Under the pieces are notes generated by a model. It was not told the origin of the DNA. It worked only from the letters and a program-made list of their open reading frames with translations, and made no database searches. Below are positions 27,313 to 32,854 of a DNA stretch of 32,854 bases, one piece after another. Positions within the stretch are counted from its first letter, which is position 1, and each line of letters begins with the position of its first letter. The position numbers and the translations under genes are program-made. Source of the stretch: Sulfurimonadaceae bacterium (GTDB taxonomy: Bacteria > Campylobacterota > Campylobacteria > Campylobacterales > Sulfurimonadaceae). Location: positions 1 to 32,854 of the forward strand of contig JBFFUI010000024.1 in assembly GCA_041571435.1 (NCBI GenBank). The letters are read 5' to 3'.

Positions 27313-27591
27313 ATGAAAAAGATGCGTCTGATGGCACTACTGGTTGGTGCGGCGTTTTTGACAGGTTTTGGCGGTACGGCAGTATTGGCGGACGGCAAAT
27401 GCGGGGCAGGTAAATGCGGTAGCGAAGTCAAAAAACCGGTAGAAGGCAAGTGCGGTGAGAATAAAATGATGCAGCCTGCCGGCAAATGCGGTGCGAAGCA
27501 AGACGGTAAATGCGGTGACGGCAAACCAATGCGACCCGGCAAGTGCGGCAGTGAAGAGAAAGCACCGATAAAAGGTAAGTGCGGCCAATAG
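27313..27591 (+). CDS. Secreted low-complexity GKCG-repeat peptide (HvfA/BufA2-like RiPP metallophore precursor)
   Basis: AAAGGA RBS, signal peptide ending AVLA, seven GKCG motifs. Confidence 0.8.
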   Translation: MKKMRLMALLVGAAFLTGFGGTAVLADGKCGAGKCGSEVKKPVEGKCGENKMMQPAGKCGAKQDGKCGDGKPMRPGKCGSEEKAPIKGKCGQ

Positions 27592-27606
27592 TTCTTACGG
27601 TTTTGT

Positions 27607-27668
27607 CCGGGCTGTACCAGCCTGGCCATGAGTGCAGTCATAATGGGAAGATGGGTATCCGTTATGAC
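27607..27668 (+). other. Two intergenic stem-loops between the precursor gene and doxX
   Basis: CCGGGCTG-TAC-CAGCCTGG and GTCATAATGG...CCGTTATGAC. Confidence 0.5.
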
Positions 27669-27709
27669 GGTACTAAATCATAAACCGATTTAAATAAAAG
27701 GAGTCTATT

Positions 27710-28153
27710 ATGCAATGCCGGTTTACAAAACTCTGTGAATATCTCGAACCTGTATTGGAGAAGTTCCAGGATCTCTCGCTTCTCTTTTTGCGACTTATTC
27801 TGGCCTACGGTTTTTACGATCCGGCCACGATGAAGTGGAGTGACATCGACTCTGTCGCCGAATGGTTCGGTTCAATGGGCTATCCGCTGCCGACACTGCA
27901 AGCCTATATGGCCGCTTCAACGGAAGCGTTGGGTGTGTTGCTGCTGACGTTGGGTCTGGCAACACGTCTGATCTCGATTCCGCTGATCATCGTGATGATC
28001 GTAGCGATCGTTACGGTACATCTTCCGCATGGTTTTAGTTCAGGTGATAACGGCTTTGAGATACCGCTTTACTATATATTGATGCTTTTTGTCTTGATAG
28101 CGCACGGTGCAGGCAAGTTCTCTATCGATTACCTTATCAAGAAAACAAAATAA
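27710..28153 (+). CDS. DoxX-family membrane protein (HvfX-like)
   Basis: LRLILAYGFYDPA.MKW..ID.VAEWF, LGLATR, IVTVH, NGFEIPLYY, GAGKFSID; AAGGAG RBS. Confidence 0.88.
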   Translation: MQCRFTKLCEYLEPVLEKFQDLSLLFLRLILAYGFYDPATMKWSDIDSVAEWFGSMGYPLPTLQAYMAASTEALGVLLLTLGLATRLISIPLIIVMIVAIVTVHLPHGFSSGDNGFEIPLYYILMLFVLIAHGAGKFSIDYLIKKTK

Positions 28154-28159
28154 TCTTAC

Positions 28160-28182
28160 GGTGACGCAGTCACCTCTTTTTT
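28160..28182 (+). terminator. Rho-independent terminator after doxX
   Basis: GGTGAC-GCA-GTCACC followed by TCTTTTTT. Confidence 0.7.
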
Positions 28183-28186
28183 CGCA

Positions 28187-28417
28187 CTAGCTATCTTCTC
28201 TGTGCTTCGAGATCCCGCATGGCTGATTCGGTGTCGGCGGGTTCTCTTTCAGGTAGGTCAGGTCTTCAAGTGTCTGTTGCAGTACTCTCTTTTGCTGTAA
28301 AAGCGGCAGCATCAGGTTGTCTTTTTCTGTCAGGTTGATCGACCAGTCCATCAGGATGGTCTCGACCTCTTTATCCAGATCTGCCAAGGCATTGTTGATA
28401 TGTTCAATTGATTTCAT
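28187..28417 (-). CDS. Hypothetical 76-aa helical protein
   Basis: MKSIEHIN ... EKDNLMLPLLQQKRVL ... QPCGISKHR; TGTTACACT 6 nt upstream of the ATG. Confidence 0.7.
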   Translation of the reverse strand: MKSIEHINNALADLDKEVETILMDWSINLTEKDNLMLPLLQQKRVLQQTLEDLTYLKENPPTPNQPCGISKHREDS

Positions 28418-28585
28418 GGTGCAAGTGTAACAGCAAAAAAATATAGCGCGGATGAAGTGCGGCAGATAATCATAAACCTTAAATATTTTCCTTGAAAGCA
28501 AGCTGTGTCATGGATTTGAAATTTCTGTAGATATTTTCAAAAAGTGCGCTCAGGATACGGCAGGACTTGAAAATAGAGTGCAGTG

Positions 28586-29134
28586 TCAGAAGAGGGTCGG
28601 CTCTAGAGCTTTGAGCCGGAAGCTGCGACGATGCTCTGGTGTGTAGCCGTACGCTTTAATGGCATCGACATGTGCTTTTGTACCATACCCTTTGTGCTTT
28701 TCAAACCCGTATTCCGGATACTCTTTGGAAAAAACGATCATCTCTCGGTCATGGGTCACTTTAGCCAGGATGGATGCGGCACTGACTTCAGCGACTTTTG
28801 TATCTGCTTTGACCATGGTCTCCAGGTTGGCCACTCCGAAGGTCGTATTGCCGTCAAAAAGATAACGCTCACACACTATTTTGGACTGGATCTCCTGCAG
28901 TGCGATGGTCATACATTCTGAGATACCCAGTTCATCAACACTGTGGGCGGGAAAAGAGACGATGTGATAGGTGGCGTTCTCAATGATCAGAGGGTAGAGC
29001 AGTTCACGCTTTTTTTCACTGATCTGTTTAGAGTCCATCAGCCCTTCGACCGGTCGGTTGAGCACAACCCCTGCGACCACTAATGAACCGGCGATCGGTC
29101 CTCTTCCTGCTTCATCGATTCCACACAGTGCCAT
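28586..29134 (-). CDS. rnhB: Ribonuclease HII
   Basis: GIDEAGRGP, DSK, DG, SAASILAKVTHD, HKGYGT, HRRSF. Confidence 0.96.
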   Translation of the reverse strand: MALCGIDEAGRGPIAGSLVVAGVVLNRPVEGLMDSKQISEKKRELLYPLIIENATYHIVSFPAHSVDELGISECMTIALQEIQSKIVCERYLFDGNTTFGVANLETMVKADTKVAEVSAASILAKVTHDREMIVFSKEYPEYGFEKHKGYGTKAHVDAIKAYGYTPEHRRSFRLKALEPTLF

Positions 29135-29165
29135 TTTTATCCTTTATTCGATAGAGAAATAATAA

Positions 29166-29666
29166 CTAAAACTTCCATGAAAAATAGGTGAAAAGAAAGC
29201 CGGTGATATCAATCTCTTTATGGTGAAAGGAAGGGACATACATAAAATTCACGCTGGCTGCTTTGTAGTAGATGTTGAGTGCCGGGGCAACACCGCCGGT
29301 CAGACCGTATTTCCCGCCACTGCGGTCAAGGTCGTTGTCGTCATAGATCTTTTTCCAGCCTATAAAACCCGACAGACCTACGGCACTCTGCAGGGCGCCG
29401 ATGTCAAAACGCATGTAGTGCCCTGCACCAATCGAAAACTGGGGGTTGTAAAAAGAGTCTTTTAAAAGGAGTGCATTCATACCGAAGTAGAGCCGTTCAG
29501 GCTTTTCGTAGAAGTTGTACTCGTATCCAAGGCCGTAGTTGTATGCGTTATAGGGTTCGTCAAAACGGTTGTTGGGCTTGTCATGAAGCGTGAAACCCGA
29601 AAGTAAAAAACGCTGTTCGTCTGCAAACAACAGCAGAGGCAAAAGTAAGAGTAGGTATCTGTTCAT
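29166..29666 (-). CDS. Small outer-membrane beta-barrel, PagP-like
   Basis: Signal peptide, alternating amphipathic strands, terminal YFSWKF; TLH, N..N.GLG, KDSF and YVP motifs. Confidence 0.55.
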   Translation of the reverse strand: MNRYLLLLLPLLLFADEQRFLLSGFTLHDKPNNRFDEPYNAYNYGLGYEYNFYEKPERLYFGMNALLLKDSFYNPQFSIGAGHYMRFDIGALQSAVGLSGFIGWKKIYDDNDLDRSGGKYGLTGGVAPALNIYYKAASVNFMYVPSFHHKEIDITGFLFTYFSWKF

Positions 29667-29717
29667 GAAAAGACTATGACATTTTTAGAGTTAAGAAGCG
29701 TTTGTCGCGGATGGCGT

Positions 29718-30056
29718 TTACTCCTGCGCATCACTTTGACTGTCTTTACCCAGGGTGCTTAAAAAAGCTTCAAGATCGTACCGGCTGCGGTACTCCGGTG
29801 TCATGATATGGATAAGAATGTCACCCAGGTCGACGGCGATCCATTCGCCGCTCTCATCTGTACCCAAAAACTGCTCCTCAGGTTTCAGACCGCGTTTCAG
29901 GTGGTCAAGCAGTGCTTCGGTGTGACGCGTACCAAGTGATGAAGCGATGATGACATAGTCGACGAAATAGTCGCGGTCACGAAGGTCAAAGACCTCAATA
30001 GCTTCAGCTTTGTTGGTGTCCAGTACGTTAATAATCTTGTTAATGCGATCTTGCAT
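29718..30056 (-). CDS. rsfS: Ribosome silencing factor
   Basis: KAEAIEVFDL, DYVIIAS, WIAVDLGDILIHIM..EYR..YDLE; GAGGA RBS. Confidence 0.93.
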   Translation of the reverse strand: MQDRINKIINVLDTNKAEAIEVFDLRDRDYFVDYVIIASSLGTRHTEALLDHLKRGLKPEEQFLGTDESGEWIAVDLGDILIHIMTPEYRSRYDLEAFLSTLGKDSQSDAQE

Positions 30057-30585
30057 GTTTTTCCTCATAATATGTTTTTATGGATGCGGCGACCTCTCGG
30101 GGCAGGTGCGCATCTTCTATCTGTTCTCTCAGTTCGCTTGAACTGATAGGCTGTTCAACGTTCAGTTGAATATATTTTTTGTCGATCTCGATGTCACCGC
30201 GTGTCGCGACAACCCATGTGACCAGACTGTCGAGCTCATCGAAGCGATACCACTGTTTCAGAGAAGCAAGGTTGTCGGCTCCGATAATAAAATAGATCTT
30301 TTCATACATTGCAGCATAATGTTGCACCGTCTCAATACTTCTGACAGCTCTGTTCGCTTTGACCTCTATGTCACTGACTTCGACGTTTTCGTCGTTGCTG
30401 AATATCGCCTGCAGCCATTGAAGCCGAAGCTCTGCCGGGGCATGTGTTCCGCTTTTAAAAGGGTTGACAAAGGCAGGGACGATGATCACTTTTGCAATGT
30501 CAAGGCGCTTCAATGCTGCATGGACGACATGTACATGACCGAGATGCGGCGGGTCAAACGAACCGCCATAGAGTGCTATATTCAT
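30040..30585 (-). CDS. nadD: Nicotinate-nucleotide adenylyltransferase
   Basis: GGSFDPPHLGH, NPFK, FIIGADN, ISSSELR. Confidence 0.95.
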   Translation of the reverse strand: MNIALYGGSFDPPHLGHVHVVHAALKRLDIAKVIIVPAFVNPFKSGTHAPAELRLQWLQAIFSNDENVEVSDIEVKANRAVRSIETVQHYAAMYEKIYFIIGADNLASLKQWYRFDELDSLVTWVVATRGDIEIDKKYIQLNVEQPISSSELREQIEDAHLPREVAASIKTYYEEKHARSH

Positions 30586-30732
30586 GACTGAAACCTAATT
30601 TATCGAAATTATAGCTGAATTTAGCTAGAATCCACTCAATAATAATCTACCAAAATCTTGCAGATAAGAAATTTTGGAATCTAATTTTTATGGCGCACAT
30701 AATAGGCGTCCATAGCTAATCAGGATATAAAC

Positions 30733-31725
30733 ATGGCAGTAAAGATCGCAATTAATGGACTAGGACGAATCGGTAGATGTGTAGCACGTATTATTGCAGA
30801 CAGAGACGATATTGAGCTTGTAGCTGTTAATGCAAGCGGTGCACACGAGATGATCGCATATAACGTAAAATTCGATTCAGTACACGGTACACGAAACGAT
30901 GTCAAAGTTGAAGAGGGATACCTCTGTATCGGCAAAGACAGAGCGAAGATACTCTCAGAGCGCGATCCGGCAAAACTTGACTTTGCGGGCCTCGGCGTCG
31001 AGATCGTTCTGGAGTGTACAGGTGCCTTTCTAACGCAAGAGAGCGTACAGCCGTATCTGGACAACGGTGTCAAAAAAGTACTCTTCTCTGCTCCGGCAAA
31101 AGATGATACCGCTACCTTTGTCATCGGTGCGAACGAAGAGAGTTATGCAGGGCAGTCTGTTGTCTCCAACGCAAGCTGTACGACCAATGGTCTGGCGCCG
31201 GTTGCCAAAGTGCTTGATGATGCATTTGGCATTGTCAACGGTCTGATGACGACGATCCACAGTTATACGTCGTCACAGCCTATCCTCGACAGTAAACATA
31301 AAAAAGACCCGAGAAAAGGGCGTTCTGGCGCGACCAACCTAGTTCCGACAACGACGGGAGCGGCAAAAGCGATCTCGAAAGTACTTCCGAACCTCGAAGG
31401 CAAGCTTAATGGTCAGGCGATCCGTGTTCCGACACCGGATGTCTCAATGGTCGATCTGACGGTCACACTCTCGAAAGAGGCAACACTCGAAGAGATCAAA
31501 GCGGCGTTCAAAACAGCAAGTGAAGGGTCGCACAAAGGTATTTTGGGTGTGGATGAAGAGTACAGAGTCTCTCAGGATTTCGTTGGTGAGTCATTGAGCT
31601 CGGTCGTGGCTATGGACACGATTCAGGTGATCGACGGAAACCTGGTCAAAGTCCTCTCCTGGTATGACAATGAGTGGGGATACTCCTGCCGTTTAGTCGA
31701 TATGGCTATGCACATCAGTAAATAA
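30733..31725 (+). CDS. gap: Type I glyceraldehyde-3-phosphate dehydrogenase
   Basis: [41 protein letters not shown]. Confidence 0.98.
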   Translation: MAVKIAINGLGRIGRCVARIIADRDDIELVAVNASGAHEMIAYNVKFDSVHGTRNDVKVEEGYLCIGKDRAKILSERDPAKLDFAGLGVEIVLECTGAFLTQESVQPYLDNGVKKVLFSAPAKDDTATFVIGANEESYAGQSVVSNASCTTNGLAPVAKVLDDAFGIVNGLMTTIHSYTSSQPILDSKHKKDPRKGRSGATNLVPTTTGAAKAISKVLPNLEGKLNGQAIRVPTPDVSMVDLTVTLSKEATLEEIKAAFKTASEGSHKGILGVDEEYRVSQDFVGESLSSVVAMDTIQVIDGNLVKVLSWYDNEWGYSCRLVDMAMHISK

Positions 31726-31733
31726 GGACAGAA

Positions 31734-32854
31734 ATGCAACTTCTAAATATCAAAGACCTTGACCTTTATCGTAAAAAAGTCTTTATCCGTTGCGACTTTA
31801 ATGTTCCGATGGACGAGTTTGGCAACATCACGGATGACCGCCGTATCCGTTCTGCTGTTGCGACGATCAACTACTGTCTTGACCAGGACTGTGCTGTCAT
31901 CCTGGCATCACACATGGGCCGTCCAAAAGGCGAGGTCGATAAAAAGTACTCACTGGAGCCGGTACAGCTCCGTCTTCAACAGCTTTTGAAACGTCATGTC
32001 GACCTTGCTAAAGATGTCGTAGGCGAAGATGCACTTAAACGAGCCGCGGCACTTCCAAACCATGAAGTGCTTCTGCTTGAGAACCTTCGTTTTGAAAAAG
32101 GCGAGACCAAAAATGATGAGGCACTTTCAAAAGCATTGGCCGGTATGGCAGAGATATATATTAATGATGCCTTCGGCGTCAGCCATCGGGCACATGCTTC
32201 GGTAGAGGGGATCACGCACTTTTTCGACAATGATCACAAAGCCGCAGGTTTCCTGCTCCAAAAAGAGATCAAGTTTTTCGGTACGCTGATCAAACGTCCA
32301 ACGCGTCCGTTCGCCGCGATCGTCGGAGGTTCCAAGGTCTCCGGTAAACTGGAGGCGCTAATCAACCTTCTGCCAAGAGTCGACAAAGTTCTTATCGGCG
32401 GTGGTATGGCATTCACCTTCTTGAAGCAGTTGGGGTATGATGTCGGGAACTCCCTGGTCGAAGACGACCTTCTTGAAGAGGCGCAGCACATCATGGACGA
32501 GGCACGCCGTCTTGGGGTCAAGTTCTACCTGCCGGTTGATGTCGTTGCGGCACAGACCTTTACTGCGGAGTCCGTCAGTAAAGTCACTTCGTCGCAGGAG
32601 ATCCCCTCCGGCTGGATGGGGCTGGATATCGGACCGGCAACAGTGCGTCTTTACCGTACCGTGCTCTCCGATGTACAGACGGTTCTATGGAACGGCCCGA
32701 TGGGTGTCTATGAGATGGAACGTTTTGCCCGCGGTTCGAACAAGATCGCGCATTTTGTGGCTGATTCGTACGCGACAACGGTCGTCGGCGGCGGTGATAC
32801 GGCCGATTTAGTACAGCGTGTAGGACTTGATGAAGAGATGACCTTTATTTCGAC
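31734..32854 (+). CDS. pgk: Phosphoglycerate kinase, 3'-truncated by the window edge (absent from the ORF track)
   Basis: [18 protein letters not shown] ... IRCDFNVP ... [50 protein letters not shown]. Confidence 0.97.
   Translation, partial: MQLLNIKDLDLYRKKVFIRCDFNVPMDEFGNITDDRRIRSAVATINYCLDQDCAVILASHMGRPKGEVDKKYSLEPVQLRLQQLLKRHVDLAKDVVGEDALKRAAALPNHEVLLLENLRFEKGETKNDEALSKALAGMAEIYINDAFGVSHRAHASVEGITHFFDNDHKAAGFLLQKEIKFFGTLIKRPTRPFAAIVGGSKVSGKLEALINLLPRVDKVLIGGGMAFTFLKQLGYDVGNSLVEDDLLEEAQHIMDEARRLGVKFYLPVDVVAAQTFTAESVSKVTSSQEIPSGWMGLDIGPATVRLYRTVLSDVQTVLWNGPMGVYEMERFARGSNKIAHFVADSYATTVVGGGDTADLVQRVGLDEEMTFIS

Noticed and set aside
27394-27588. Repeated GG(C/T)AA(A/G)TGCGG units as a possible CRISPR or tandem repeat
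   Set aside because: They are GKCG codons with synonymous variation and irregular in-frame spacing; no cas genes

Overview
Chromosomal window from a Campylobacterota (epsilonproteobacterial) genome, probably a sulfur-oxidising Sulfurimonas/Sulfuricurvum-like organism. This is inferred from the eno-ftsB-AMIN order, nadD-rsfS divergent from gap-pgk, a type VI Sqr, AAGGA ribosome-binding sites and TGnTATAAT-type promoters. The backbone is housekeeping: eno (partial), metH, panE, msrA, bioB, topA, SRP RNA, rnhB, rsfS, nadD, gap and pgk (partial). The best candidate for an undescribed system is a three-gene cassette at 14768-17747. It encodes a secreted S8 subtilase with an unusual C-terminal sorting signal (GGGLPVND-TM-RRK), a short exosortase with a Cys/Arg/His triad, and a lipoprotein that is a free-standing copy of the protease's own propeptide (gapless 75-aa alignment, 30 identities counted by hand), probably a cognate inhibitor or chaperone. 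Other notable items: a 7x GKCG RiPP-like metallophore precursor plus DoxX with no adjacent MNIO maturase, a PseC-like aminotransferase lacking the catalytic Lys, a PagP-like outer-membrane barrel, a tandem DUF1538-PII fusion, unannotated small ORFs, a shared OmpR/PhoB-type direct-repeat promoter at two loci, a hairpin leader on metH and several probably leaderless genes. All family calls are from motif recognition; no searches were run. No CRISPR array, tRNA, rRNA or transposase was seen.
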